This document shows, piece by piece, positions 1-9,134 of a stretch of DNA of 50,868 nucleotides. The DNA comes from Candidatus Nanoarchaeia archaeon. Lineage in GTDB: Bacteria > Patescibacteriota > Microgenomatia > Woykebacterales > RBG-16-39-9b. The DNA is taken from the NCBI GenBank assembly GCA_036514715.1, contig DATBWR010000006.1:1-50868 (forward strand), written 5' to 3'. Positions within the stretch are counted from its first letter, which is position 1. Each line of letters opens with the position of its first letter. The position numbers were made by a program, and so were the translations under genes. A model generated the notes under the pieces. The model had not been told where the DNA came from, ran no database searches, and saw only the letters and a list, made by a program, of their open reading frames with translations.

Positions 1-663
1 ACTCTTATTAACACCCCTGCTTGTGGCAACTTCCCAGAGTTTATCGGTGGTTGAGTGTCCAGTGTGCTCCCCACCACCTGGGGGAATTCGGTAGTAGGTA
101 GGGCTACCAATGGCGAACTGGTCAAAATCTTTTGCGCCAAAGGTCTTGCCAGCTAAACTCCTTACGTATTCGTTGCCTCCCCAATGAGAGTAAGCCCCTT
201 GATACTCAACCAACCAATCAAAGTAGTATTCACGCGCACTTCTAATTGGGCCAATTTGGCTACTTTGCGACAGATAGATAGCTAAAAATCTGGTGATATC
301 GCCTTCCGCCAAAGCTTCGTAAACAATATCGGCCCTGCTCAAACCTCGTTGTGGCCGGGCAACTATTGAGTTTTCAATCATTACTCCTAGTGGGACTCGG
401 TTGAAGATAACGTCTGCCTCACTTTTTTTGAAGAGAACTCCGTTAATTGGGTTAGGGAAGTTAGCCGGCTCTTCTGGTTTACCAGAGATTAACTTACCCT
501 TAGGAGAGAGGGCTTCATCACTACCAACAATCTTCTTGAAACCAAATTCATAGCCTGCCCAAGCGGAAAAACCAAGCAAAACAAGAGCAAGGGCACTCAC
601 CAGTAACTTCTTTACTATTGGTAAGGCGCTAAATTTCTCTTTTAAAGATTTTAAGGCTAACAT
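1..663 (-). CDS. DUF3048 (YerB-like) membrane-anchored protein, truncated at the window edge
   Basis: Not in the ORF track. Manual translation from ATG 663 gives an N-terminal TM segment, then PLGVMIENSIVARPQRGLSRADIVYEALAEGDITRF...IGPIRSAREYY, typical of DUF3048. Confidence 0.8.
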   Translation of the reverse strand, partial: MLALKSLKEKFSALPIVKKLLVSALALVLLGFSAWAGYEFGFKKIVGSDEALSPKGKLISGKPEEPANFPNPINGVLFKKSEADVIFNRVPLGVMIENSIVARPQRGLSRADIVYEALAEGDITRFLAIYLSQSSQIGPIRSAREYYFDWLVEYQGAYSHWGGNEYVRSLAGKTFGAKDFDQFAIGSPTYYRIPPGGGEHTGHSTTDKLWEVATSRGVNKS

Positions 664-789
664 TTTTCGCTATTTAGAGTAGCATACTTACTCAAAGTTG
701 CGCAAGCAGAGATTTATTATTATAATAGGCACCTTGCCACTTCTTAAATTGGTGTGTTAATATCAAGCCTGGATTTTTAAAATAGTTAA

Positions 790-1056
790 ATGCCAAAAAG
801 AACTCGGCAAGAAAAAATGGCGGCGCAGCTACGAAGGTTGCAAAGTCTTCAAAACCAACCTAAAAAACAAGACTCGCCGTCTTCACAAGAAGTTGTTGCC
901 TTGCCAAAGGTTTCTCTTGAGTTTGTACCAACCTCAACTCGCATCCAACCCCAAAACTTTAATTATACTTATGTTTTTGCCGATCTTCGCAAAACTTTGA
1001 TCTTTGCTGTTGCGGCGGTTATTTTTGAAATCGTTTTGAGTTTAACCATCCTTTAA
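790..1056 (+). CDS. Small hypothetical protein with basic N-terminus and C-terminal TM helix
   Basis: 88-aa ORF in intergenic space, ending in a hydrophobic segment (TLIFAVAAVIFEIVLSLTIL). Confidence 0.65.
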   Translation: MPKRTRQEKMAAQLRRLQSLQNQPKKQDSPSSQEVVALPKVSLEFVPTSTRIQPQNFNYTYVFADLRKTLIFAVAAVIFEIVLSLTIL

Positions 1057-1077
1057 CTAACCCAAAGCAAATTGTGC

Positions 1078-1106
1078 TTGACAGCCACGTACGGGTGTGC
1101 TAATCT
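1078..1106 (+). promoter_or_regulatory. Sigma70-type promoter for the DUF5679 gene
   Basis: TTGACA (1078-1083), 17-nt spacer, TGc-TAATCT (1101-1106). Confidence 0.7.
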
Positions 1107-1228
1107 GATTTCGAGGCTGCCTTAGCCTCAAGTTTTGTTTAATTATCCTTTTACCTCGAAAGGAGGTGACAAGTGTATCTTACCTGTACCGGTAGTACCT
1201 GCTACTCGGGTACCGGATACCCCTTATT

Positions 1229-1369
1229 ATGGCTTCAATGTATTGTGTAAAGTGTCGTGCAAAAAGAGAAGTTGCTAACCCTGAATCAGTCACCATGAAA
1301 AACGGCAAGAAAGCTCTCCGCGGAACTTGCCCGGTTTGTGGAACTAAAATGTTCAAAATTGGTGGTTAG
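1229..1369 (+). CDS. DUF5679 zinc-ribbon protein (46 aa)
   Basis: Not in the ORF track. MASMYCVKCRAKREVANPESVTMKNGKKALRGTCPVCGTKMFKIGG has two CxxC motifs and the DUF5679 pattern. Confidence 0.85.
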   Translation: MASMYCVKCRAKREVANPESVTMKNGKKALRGTCPVCGTKMFKIGG

Positions 1370-1381
1370 TAAATCAAGCAA

Positions 1382-1449
1382 CCCGCTTAAGAAAAGGCGG
1401 GATCCTGTTTTTTACCACAGAAAAGCTCCCTATCATGGGGGTTTTTCTG
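1382..1449. terminator. Two hairpins between convergent DUF5679 and dedA
   Basis: CCCGC/GCGGG stem followed by a T-run, and a CAGAAAAGCTCCC/GGGGGTTTTTCTG stem. Confidence 0.65.
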
Positions 1450-1454
1450 TTAGG

Positions 1455-2060
1455 CTAGTTTTTAAATTTAGATGAGAGAAGATGTACTACAGTTGGTAGG
1501 AGAGAAATTATTATAATAGAGAGCAGAATTGGCAGTAAGTACTTGTCAACGTCCGGAATTAGTCTACCTAAAAAGTAACCTGAAACTGTTACCCCCACAG
1601 CCCAAAGAAACCCACCAATTAAATTGTAAAAAAGGAAGGTTTGATAGTTCATTTTCCCAACCCCAGCGACAATTGGGGCGAAGGTTCGTACTATCGGCAA
1701 GAAACGGGCTAGAACTACGGCTTTGCCTCCATGCTTACGGTAGAAATTCTCCGCCTTCAGCAAGTGGTTCTTATGAAACCAGAAAGAATCCTCTTGGTTA
1801 AAAATTCTTGGTCCGATTCTTCGTCCGAAAGAATAGCCAACGTTGTCCCCTAAAACCGCAGCCAAAAAGCTTCCAAGACTTAAAAAGAATATGTTAAACA
1901 CACCTGCCGAGGCCAAAAAACCAGCTGTAAAAAGTAGCGAGTCTCCAGGTAAGACTATTCCAATTAAGAGTCCGGACTCGGCGAAAACCATAGCAAACAC
2001 TCCTAAGTACCCTACTGCTTCAATAATTGCCTTCAAGTCCAAATTCAGCAGGTTTTCCAT
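1455..2060 (-). CDS. DedA family (VTT domain) membrane protein
   Basis: FAESGLLIG..LPGDSLLF and ARFLPIVRTFAP motifs. Confidence 0.93.
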   Translation of the reverse strand: MENLLNLDLKAIIEAVGYLGVFAMVFAESGLLIGIVLPGDSLLFTAGFLASAGVFNIFFLSLGSFLAAVLGDNVGYSFGRRIGPRIFNQEDSFWFHKNHLLKAENFYRKHGGKAVVLARFLPIVRTFAPIVAGVGKMNYQTFLFYNLIGGFLWAVGVTVSGYFLGRLIPDVDKYLLPILLSIIIISLLPTVVHLLSSKFKN

Positions 2061-2096
2061 AATTTAAAACAACCTCGTTTTAGTTTTTAAAATGGC

Positions 2097-3608
2097 TCAA
2101 CCTTCCGCTGCCCGGTACTGAACCGCCTCTGCAATGTGGGCAGGACTAATCTCTTCCTCAGAAGATAGGTCGGCAATGGTTCTGGCAACTTTCAAAAGTC
2201 TAATATAACCCCGAGCCGAAATTTGGAAACGGTTAATAGCCGCTGATAGGAGCTTTTTGCAATCTTCCGAGAGTTTGCAAATTTCCTTCACTTGACGGGC
2301 AGTCATTTCTGAGTTGGCCATGAGTTTAAGGCTAGCGAGTCGCTTAGTTTGCCGGTCGCGAGCCTTTTGGACTCTTCCCCGAATTATTTTTGATTCTTCC
2401 CCAACCGGTAAATTGACCAGCTCTCTTGTTTTTACCGCCGGAACATTAACAAAAATATCAATCCTATCTAATATGGGACCGGAAAGCCGCTTTTGGTAAC
2501 GCGTTACTTGAGAGGGCAAACAGCTACAGGTTCTTGTAGTCTCGCCAAAATAACCACAAGGGCAGGGGTTGGCAGCAGCGACCAGTGTAAATCTAGCCGG
2601 AAAAGTAACGTTACTAGCCGCTCTGGAGACAGTTACGAAACCATCTTCCAGGGGTTGTCTTAAGGCTTCCAAAACGTGACGAGGAAATTCGGGAAACTCA
2701 TCCAGAAAAAGTACTCCACGGTGGGCTTGGGAAATTTCTCCTGGTTTGGGATTTGTACCACCACCAATAATCCCGACACTGCTAGCAGTATGGTGAGGAG
2801 CACGAAACGGTCTCGCCCGTATTAAACCCTCTTGCACGCTGCTAAGAACGGAATAAATTTTGGTGACTTCAACCGCTTCATCAAAGGTCAGCTTAGGTAA
2901 AATGGAGGGGAGGGAGCGGGCGAGCATTGTCTTACCTGCTCCAGGCGGCCCCTTAAGTAGAACATTGTGGCCACCGGAGGCAGCGATTTCCAAAGCTCTT
3001 TTGGCTTGTTCCTGACCCCGCACGTCTTTCATATCAAATTCCGAAAAGTTAAAGTCTTCGAACTTAAATTTTGCTTTCTTAAGGGCGGTAATCGGCTTGA
3101 TTTGTGAGAGGTGGTCAAAACACTCTTTGATACTCCCAGCAGGGAAAATTTTTAGCCCAGTAACGACCGAAGCTTCGATGGCGTTGGCAGAGGCAGTGAT
3201 TAAATTTTCAAACCCCTGCTCCTTTGCCATCGAGGCAAGTAACAGCGCGCCCCGGGTCGCATTGATCGACCCATCTAAAGAAAGTTCCCCAAAGACCAGT
3301 GTTTTAGGCAAATCGGCAGAAAGTTGTCCACTGGCAACCAAAATCCCCAAGGCAATTGGCAGGTCAAAACTAGGACCTTCTTTGGGTAGATCAGCCGGAG
3401 CTAAATTAACCGTGATCCTTTTGGCGGGAAAGTCCGCTCCGGTGTTCTTTATAGCCGCTCGAACCCGTTCCTTTGATTCTTCAACTGCCTTATCTGGTAA
3501 ACCGACAATGGTAAAAGAAGGTAAGCCTTGCGAGGCAATATCAACTTCAACTGTAATCGGAACTGCCTCTAAGCCAGCTAATGCACCAGAAAAAACTTTG
3601 GCAAGCAT
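2097..3608 (-). CDS. comM: YifB/ComM family Mg-chelatase-like AAA+ ATPase
   Basis: Lon-like N-terminus (GLPDKAVEES), Walker A GPPGAGKT, GEISQAHRGVLFLDE, AANPCPCG. Confidence 0.93.
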   Translation of the reverse strand: MLAKVFSGALAGLEAVPITVEVDIASQGLPSFTIVGLPDKAVEESKERVRAAIKNTGADFPAKRITVNLAPADLPKEGPSFDLPIALGILVASGQLSADLPKTLVFGELSLDGSINATRGALLLASMAKEQGFENLITASANAIEASVVTGLKIFPAGSIKECFDHLSQIKPITALKKAKFKFEDFNFSEFDMKDVRGQEQAKRALEIAASGGHNVLLKGPPGAGKTMLARSLPSILPKLTFDEAVEVTKIYSVLSSVQEGLIRARPFRAPHHTASSVGIIGGGTNPKPGEISQAHRGVLFLDEFPEFPRHVLEALRQPLEDGFVTVSRAASNVTFPARFTLVAAANPCPCGYFGETTRTCSCLPSQVTRYQKRLSGPILDRIDIFVNVPAVKTRELVNLPVGEESKIIRGRVQKARDRQTKRLASLKLMANSEMTARQVKEICKLSEDCKKLLSAAINRFQISARGYIRLLKVARTIADLSSEEEISPAHIAEAVQYRAAEG

Positions 3609-3616
3609 AGTTAGGA

Positions 3617-3639
3617 ATTATATCACGCAGTGATACAAG
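3617..3639 (-). promoter_or_regulatory. Hairpin-embedded -10 element (CTTGTA-TCAC-tgc-GTGA-TATAAT)
   Basis: TATAAT lies 8 nt before the comM ATG. One of eight copies in the window. Confidence 0.7.
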
Positions 3640-3642
3640 AGG

Positions 3643-4290
3643 TTAAGGAAGTTCGAAGCTAACTTCAGCGTTTTCGTAAATTAGTTTGAATTCCTTTTCC
3701 TTAGTGGGGACAATGTAGGCAACAGTAATGCGCGTGGTTTCGCCCGAGTTAAGGCTGTATAACACTGGCTTTTCGGCTTCGTACCCAGCGGTGTATTGGT
3801 TGTCGTCACTGTCTTTCAAGCGGAAGCTGGCTGGACTGTAAGTTACTGCTGTATCTTTTTTATTCTTAAGGGCAATCTTAACATTTAGCAAAGATTGGTT
3901 GAAATACTCATCTTGCAAGTAGGCAGACTGAGAAGCGTTTTTTTCGTAATAATCTCTTTGCTCCCCCTTTTGTTTTTCATACACTCCGTCGATTTCCGCT
4001 TTTTCTAAAGTAATACTAATCCCGCTAAGAGTTTCTATTTCCTCGTTAATCTCACCTTTGATGATGCCTGCTGGTTCGGCTGGCTTAGTAGCTACTTTTG
4101 CTTTTTTCTCAAGTTGACTGTCAGCGGTTTGCCCGCTACCTTTACCAAGAAAGTAAGCACCGATTAGGGCAGTGATTATTAACAACGAACCTATACCAAG
4201 AGTTAAATAAAGTGTTTGTTTCTTGATTTCTATTATTTTGGGTTTGGGATTGAGGTTAACTACCTCGTCAGTTGGCGTCTCTTCTGGCAT
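3643..4290 (-). CDS. Membrane-anchored DUF4352-like (Ig-fold) protein
   Basis: Single TM helix, then VKIALKNKKDTAVTYSPASFRLKDSDDNQY and LNSGETTRITVAY. Confidence 0.7.
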   Translation of the reverse strand: MPEETPTDEVVNLNPKPKIIEIKKQTLYLTLGIGSLLIITALIGAYFLGKGSGQTADSQLEKKAKVATKPAEPAGIIKGEINEEIETLSGISITLEKAEIDGVYEKQKGEQRDYYEKNASQSAYLQDEYFNQSLLNVKIALKNKKDTAVTYSPASFRLKDSDDNQYTAGYEAEKPVLYSLNSGETTRITVAYIVPTKEKEFKLIYENAEVSFELP

Positions 4291-4352
4291 TAATTTAAAT
4301 TATCAACCCGAAATTGCCTTTGTGTCAACCGCCACCTTAGTAGAGTCGCGAA

Positions 4353-5507
4353 TTAAACGACCTTTTTGTCGCGGGCTAAAAGGTAAGTATCTCTCTTGGT
4401 TAAAACCAGTGCGCCCAGCGAGAAAACTGTGGCAAGAAAAGTGGTTAGGCCACCGATGATTGGCAAAAGTGTTACTAAGGCGTAAACCGCTAAACCAACC
4501 AGCAAGGTTAAAACCTCATTAACCTTGGCTTGGGTCAGAAGTAATTGGCCAACCAGGTAGACCACAAAAACTCTTGAAAGAAAAATAGCTATTCCATAGA
4601 TGGCCAGTAACATCAAACCAAGTGGAACACCTACCACCGTGACCATCAATACCACCGCAGCAACCGGAACCAAAATTAGGGTTAAAGCTCCCACTCCAAA
4701 TGAAAGCCACGGTCTATTCCTAAGATTTGCGACCGCTGCAGTGTTAAAAACCGGGAAGAATTTGATCAAGATTAGACCAACAACAAGGAGAGTGAACAAA
4801 CTAAGCAGTTTCAAAAAGAGTGCAAAGCCGGTAAGGACTCCTAAAACTTTTTCTTTTGAGGGTACCTCTTCAGGAGCGGGTGAGTTCTTGGTTACTGAAC
4901 CTGTGACCGTGGCGCCAGAGGCAATTGAGGCATCTTCCGTGCTCCAGTAAGTAATATTACCGGCAACAACGGCGCTAGGGGTCAAACGCAACGAACCAAC
5001 CCAAGCCTCAACATCCCCACCTACCTCCCCAGAAAGAGTAACGTTGCCGGCTCCTATTCTTATGTCCCCACCAACCGGGGCATTCAAGTTAATATTGCCT
5101 GCCCCCGCAACCACCGAACCACCAATACTAGCACCTTTGGTAACTTCGACAGAGCCTCCACCAACGGTTAGGTTGCGACCGATTTTTCCACCGATGGTTA
5201 CTTGGCCCCCGCCAACTCGTACATCTTGGTTAACTTCACCGTTGATAGTTACTTGCCCCCCACCAACTATCAAGTCTCCGTTAATCTTGCCTTCAACCAA
5301 AACTATACCAGCACCAGCATAAACATCACCATTAACCGTCCCAAAAATTTCGACCCGTTCGTTAAAAACAAAGTAGTCTTTATTAACAGTTTCGCCCGCA
5401 TTTAGTGTTGTTACCTCGGGTTTTCGAGAACTATCCTTACCAGCCTGTACTGAAGGGGTAACAAAAAGTAGTGTCAGAGCAATAAAAAATAGTAATATTT
5501 TTCTCAC
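4353..5507 (-). CDS. Polymer-forming (bactofilin-like beta-helix) protein with C-terminal multi-TM domain
   Basis: Signal peptide from GTG 5507, repeated GDxxxGGGxVxIxG units, hydrophobic C-terminus. The track start at 5600 runs through the rnpB terminator and was rejected. Confidence 0.8.
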   Translation of the reverse strand: MRKILLFFIALTLLFVTPSVQAGKDSSRKPEVTTLNAGETVNKDYFVFNERVEIFGTVNGDVYAGAGIVLVEGKINGDLIVGGGQVTINGEVNQDVRVGGGQVTIGGKIGRNLTVGGGSVEVTKGASIGGSVVAGAGNINLNAPVGGDIRIGAGNVTLSGEVGGDVEAWVGSLRLTPSAVVAGNITYWSTEDASIASGATVTGSVTKNSPAPEEVPSKEKVLGVLTGFALFLKLLSLFTLLVVGLILIKFFPVFNTAAVANLRNRPWLSFGVGALTLILVPVAAVVLMVTVVGVPLGLMLLAIYGIAIFLSRVFVVYLVGQLLLTQAKVNEVLTLLVGLAVYALVTLLPIIGGLTTFLATVFSLGALVLTKRDTYLLARDKKVV

Positions 5508-5551
5508 TCGCCAATGGTAATACTTTACTTTACTGTCTGTCAAGGAGTTCA

Positions 5552-5589
5552 CAAACAAAAAGCCCCTAAGCTCTACAGCTCGGGGCCTT
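5552..5589 (-). terminator. Intrinsic terminator of rnpB
   Basis: GCCCCGAGCT-GTAG-AGCTTAGGGGC hairpin followed by TTTTTGTTTG on the minus strand. Confidence 0.75.
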
Positions 5590-5594
5590 ATGTT

Positions 5595-5994
5595 GTTCAA
5601 AGGTAGTTGGTAAGCCAGATTCTGTTTTCCGCCAGTTGGCGGAGATGGAAATCTATCTAAGTGTGATCAAAAATGGTCACTCTTTTCGCCTTTTTAAGGC
5701 GAATGCCCTCGACTTCGGCACTTAGCAAGCAGCGTCAACATGCCGTTCGGAGGTTACACCAAGGCGGATTGCCCGTTTCACCCTTCGACCAAACGCTAAG
5801 ATCGAAGGCTACGTCTCTGTTGCTCTCGGAAGCTGTCATTTCAACTTCCGTGTTGCCATTTGTTTTAGCTAAACATTTGGCAACCACGAGGCTTTACAGC
5901 TAACTGCTTGCGCAGTTCACTTTGCTTTTTGGTGTCTGGACTTTCCTCTATCCACGCTTTCACGCAGACAGTATCCATCCCTCTACCTTTGAAC
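5595..5994 (-). ncRNA. rnpB: RNase P RNA
   Basis: GAGGAAAGTCCAG near the 5' end, ACAGAATCTGGCTTAC near the 3' end, and a 12-bp terminal P1 pairing (5595-5606 with 5983-5994). Confidence 0.95.
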
Positions 5995-6001
5995 GAGGCT
6001 A

Positions 6002-6030
6002 AGTATACCATAAATCAAGCTAAATTTCAA
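6002..6030 (-). promoter_or_regulatory. rnpB promoter
   Basis: TTGAAA-17-TATACT with TG extension, ending 7 nt before the RNA. Confidence 0.75.
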
Positions 6031-6083
6031 GTACTACCTACTTACAAGAAGTCTCCCTTTTATAAGCACTCGGGAACCTCGCG

Positions 6084-6107
6084 CTTGTATCCTCGGAAGG
6101 ATATAAT
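6084..6107 (+). promoter_or_regulatory. Hairpin-embedded -10 element (CTTGTA-TCCT-cgga-AGGA-TATAAT)
   Basis: TATAAT lies 8 nt before ATG 6116. Confidence 0.7.
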
Positions 6108-6115
6108 TAAGGATA

Positions 6116-7081
6116 ATGCCGGAAATTATTGTCTTCATTATCGGGTTAGCCGCAGCTATCCGCGGGGCGGACTGGGTCGGGTCTGCGGCTGTTAAATGGG
6201 CAAAGCAGCAGGGAGTGTCTCAAATTGTCGTTGGTGCCACCCTGGTTTCGTTTGCCACCACCCTACCGGAAATCTCTATTGCCACGATAGGCGGCTTGAT
6301 AAATAAAGATCCTCTGGTTGCATTAGGGGCTGTACTGGGATCACCTTTGGTAAATTTGGGTGTTATTCTAGGTATTTTATTTATTTTTTCCCGACGCCGA
6401 CCCTCTACCGGTTATTATCTGCGCGCTCTTAATATTTTTTTGGTCACCTGTCTTGTACTTTTAATACTCTCTTTTTATCGCCCCTTGGGTAATACGGTAA
6501 GTTTATTGTTTATTGCTCTGGGAATAATGTTTCTAGTTCTGGAATTTATTATTGGGAAGAGATCAATCGGCTCAGCGGAAACTGCCTTAAATCGTTTTGA
6601 AGGCCTTTTAAGTTTGTTTAGTTTTACTCGCGATCGAGCCTTGTTACTTGAATTTGTTCTTGGCGTTATTCTTCTGGGGGTTGGAAGCAAATTTATGGTT
6701 GACTCAACTATCTCAATTGCCAGCCTTTTGAAAATTGATGAGTTTTTTATTTCTGTTACGCTAGTAGCCATTGGAACTTCACTACCCGAATTTATCACTG
6801 CTGTTAATTCGCTAATTTATAAACGGGAGAGTTTGTCAGTGGGTAATTTGGTTGGTGCTTCGGTTATTGATATTACTCTAGGAACTGGGTTGGCCACTTT
6901 ATTTAAAGGGGCTACTCTTAGCTACCCAATTAACCTCTACATTTTTATTCCAATGATTATTATCGGTATTTTGTGCCTAGCTGCACTTTGGAAAAAATTA
7001 CCACTTGCTTTGGTTGGGGTTTCCTTAGTTGTTACTGCCGCAGCTTCCCTAGCTTTGTTTTCTCTGCAGACAGTCTTTTAG
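6116..7081 (+). CDS. Na+/Ca2+ antiporter, CaCA family (YrbG-like)
   Basis: Two alpha repeats, ATTLPE and GTSLPE, with GSPLVN and GASVID; about 10 TM helices. Confidence 0.9.
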   Translation: MPEIIVFIIGLAAAIRGADWVGSAAVKWAKQQGVSQIVVGATLVSFATTLPEISIATIGGLINKDPLVALGAVLGSPLVNLGVILGILFIFSRRRPSTGYYLRALNIFLVTCLVLLILSFYRPLGNTVSLLFIALGIMFLVLEFIIGKRSIGSAETALNRFEGLLSLFSFTRDRALLLEFVLGVILLGVGSKFMVDSTISIASLLKIDEFFISVTLVAIGTSLPEFITAVNSLIYKRESLSVGNLVGASVIDITLGTGLATLFKGATLSYPINLYIFIPMIIIGILCLAALWKKLPLALVGVSLVVTAAASLALFSLQTVF

Positions 7082-7082
7082 C

Positions 7083-8084
7083 TTAAGGGCCCTTGCCGAC
7101 AAACTCCGCGATTAAAACTTGAACTATGGCTGCAGTGGGAACAGCCACAATCGCTCCTGCCAAACCAAAGAGGTTGGCGCCAATAAGGATGGAAACAATG
7201 GTTAACAGTGGGTCTAAACCCGTGGCGTTCTGCATAACTTTAGGTACAACGATATTATTCTCCAGTTGTTGGATTAAAATGTAGAGCAAACCGACACCAA
7301 TCGCTGAGATTGGGCTGATAGTCACGGTTATCAAAAGAGCTGGTACGGCTGATAAAATTGGGCCAACCACCGGAATTGCTTCTAAAAGTCCGGCGATAAT
7401 TGCCAGCGGCAGAGCGTATTCAACGCCTAGCAGTCGCAAACCAACGTAAGTGGCAACTCCAATGATAATCATCAACATCACCTCTCCCTTCAACCAATTT
7501 CCAAGCTGACGTTCGACCTTGTGGGCCAAGTTTGTCACTTGATCTTTAGGGAGGTTGGGGAAAAGTCTGAATAAATTATTTTTAATTCGATCTCTTTCAA
7601 GAAGCATGTAGAAACTGATTACGGCGATGGTAATAAAGTTGACGATGACGTTGACCGTACTAACAAGGAAACTGAGCGCGTTGCCAAGAATAGAGTCAAT
7701 TCGACTTGTTAGAATGGAGGCAATGTCGCGGTTATCGATACCAGGGATTTGGTTGTTAACGTAAAGGTAGGTAAAACGGTTTATATATTCGGGTAGGTTA
7801 TTTACGAACTCCCTAACCTGAACTATCAAAGGCGGAAAAATGAAAAAGATAGTTATCCCTAGGACTGATATAGAAAGTATGTAAGCTAGAACCGCCGAAG
7901 TGGTCTTTCCAAGACCTCTGGAATGCAAAAAATCAGCAAGAAGCGCAAAGCCGGTCATTAAAATAAAGGCAGTAAGCAGGGAAATAACGATGAAACGCAG
8001 CTTCCAGGCCAAAATAAAGGTAATAATGATGACAATAGTGACAACAACTGATCTAGGCGAAATTTCAACTTGAGTTGGCTTCAT
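7083..8084 (-). CDS. AI-2E (PerM/UPF0118) family transporter
   Basis: IPVVGP and IQQLENNIVVPKVM...GLDP motifs. Confidence 0.92.
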   Translation of the reverse strand: MKPTQVEISPRSVVVTIVIIITFILAWKLRFIVISLLTAFILMTGFALLADFLHSRGLGKTTSAVLAYILSISVLGITIFFIFPPLIVQVREFVNNLPEYINRFTYLYVNNQIPGIDNRDIASILTSRIDSILGNALSFLVSTVNVIVNFITIAVISFYMLLERDRIKNNLFRLFPNLPKDQVTNLAHKVERQLGNWLKGEVMLMIIIGVATYVGLRLLGVEYALPLAIIAGLLEAIPVVGPILSAVPALLITVTISPISAIGVGLLYILIQQLENNIVVPKVMQNATGLDPLLTIVSILIGANLFGLAGAIVAVPTAAIVQVLIAEFVGKGP

Positions 8085-8111
8085 GTATGATTATTCTAAC
8101 AAAACTAACGG

Positions 8112-9062
8112 CTATGTGCTAGTTTCCTCACTTAACCAATTTTTAACAAGGTCGCCTGTACGAAAAACTAAGTCAGTAGAGTTAAAGTCAAACCAATAAA
8201 TAGTCTTATCGCGCTTGTTCCAAGTCATCTGCCGCCGTACATAAGAATGGTGCTCGAATTTCATTCTTTGTTTGGCTTCTTCCAAACTTAGTTTGTGCTC
8301 AAGATACATTATTACTTGGCGATAACCTAATGACGTTAGGGCAGGTAGATTATGGTCGTACTTGGCAGCTAACCTGTCCACTTCTTCGACAAACCCTTGC
8401 TTAAACCACTGCTCAATCCGCTCGTCGATTTTTTGGTAAAGTTCCTCCCGACTGCCAGTCAAACCGGTTTTTAAAATATCAAAATCAGCCTTATATTTTT
8501 GTTGCAAAGCCGAGATAGGCTGGCCGGTCTGATAGTAAACTTCCAACGCGCGGGTAATTCGCCTTTTGTTATTTTTATCAATCCGCTCGAAAGTTGTTGG
8601 GTCAATCTTTTCCAAGTCGGAAAGTAGCAAGTCCAAAGATTTCTTTTCCAACTCACCCCGCAATCTCCAATCTGGGGCTGCCTTTGGTATCTTCAACCCT
8701 TCAGTAACTGCTTGGATATAAAGCCCTGTTCCACCCACAAGAATCGGCAACTTTCCCTGAGACTGAATCTCTTTTATCTTCTCCAGTGCCAACTGCTGAT
8801 AATCCGCCAAAGAGAATTTCTGGTCTGGGCTAACCACATCGTAAAGGTAAATAGGAATTCCGTTGACAGTCCACTTACCCAGTCCACTTTGAACTTTTAG
8901 CTTTGAGCTTTTGGCTTCTTTGCCGGTTCCAATGTTCATACCGACAAAGACTTGCCGGCTATCAGCACTCACTATCTCACCGTTGAATTTTTTGGCAAGT
9001 GAAAGCGCCAAAGCAGTTTTCCCAGTCCCGGTCGGACCAACAATCACTAAAAGTTTTTGCAT
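8112..9062 (-). CDS. miaA: tRNA dimethylallyltransferase
   Basis: GPTGTGKT, SADSRQV, VGGTGLY and YVRRQMTW motifs. Confidence 0.95.
   Translation of the reverse strand: MQKLLVIVGPTGTGKTALALSLAKKFNGEIVSADSRQVFVGMNIGTGKEAKSSKLKVQSGLGKWTVNGIPIYLYDVVSPDQKFSLADYQQLALEKIKEIQSQGKLPILVGGTGLYIQAVTEGLKIPKAAPDWRLRGELEKKSLDLLLSDLEKIDPTTFERIDKNNKRRITRALEVYYQTGQPISALQQKYKADFDILKTGLTGSREELYQKIDERIEQWFKQGFVEEVDRLAAKYDHNLPALTSLGYRQVIMYLEHKLSLEEAKQRMKFEHHSYVRRQMTWNKRDKTIYWFDFNSTDLVFRTGDLVKNWLSEETST
8882..8916 (-). repeat. Five degenerate heptamer repeats inside miaA
   Basis: agccaaa agctcaa agctaaa agttcaa agtggac, read as AKSSKLKVQSG. Confidence 0.7.
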
Positions 9063-9134
9063 GAGGATAATTTAACACAAATACGCAAGTTAAAAGCAGG
9101 CAACTCTCAGGTCGCAAGTGGTAAACTGTAACCA

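Noticed and set aside
5673-5903. 76-aa ORF and neighbouring 5908-6195 ORF
   Set aside because: They lie antisense to the RNase P RNA and across its promoter.
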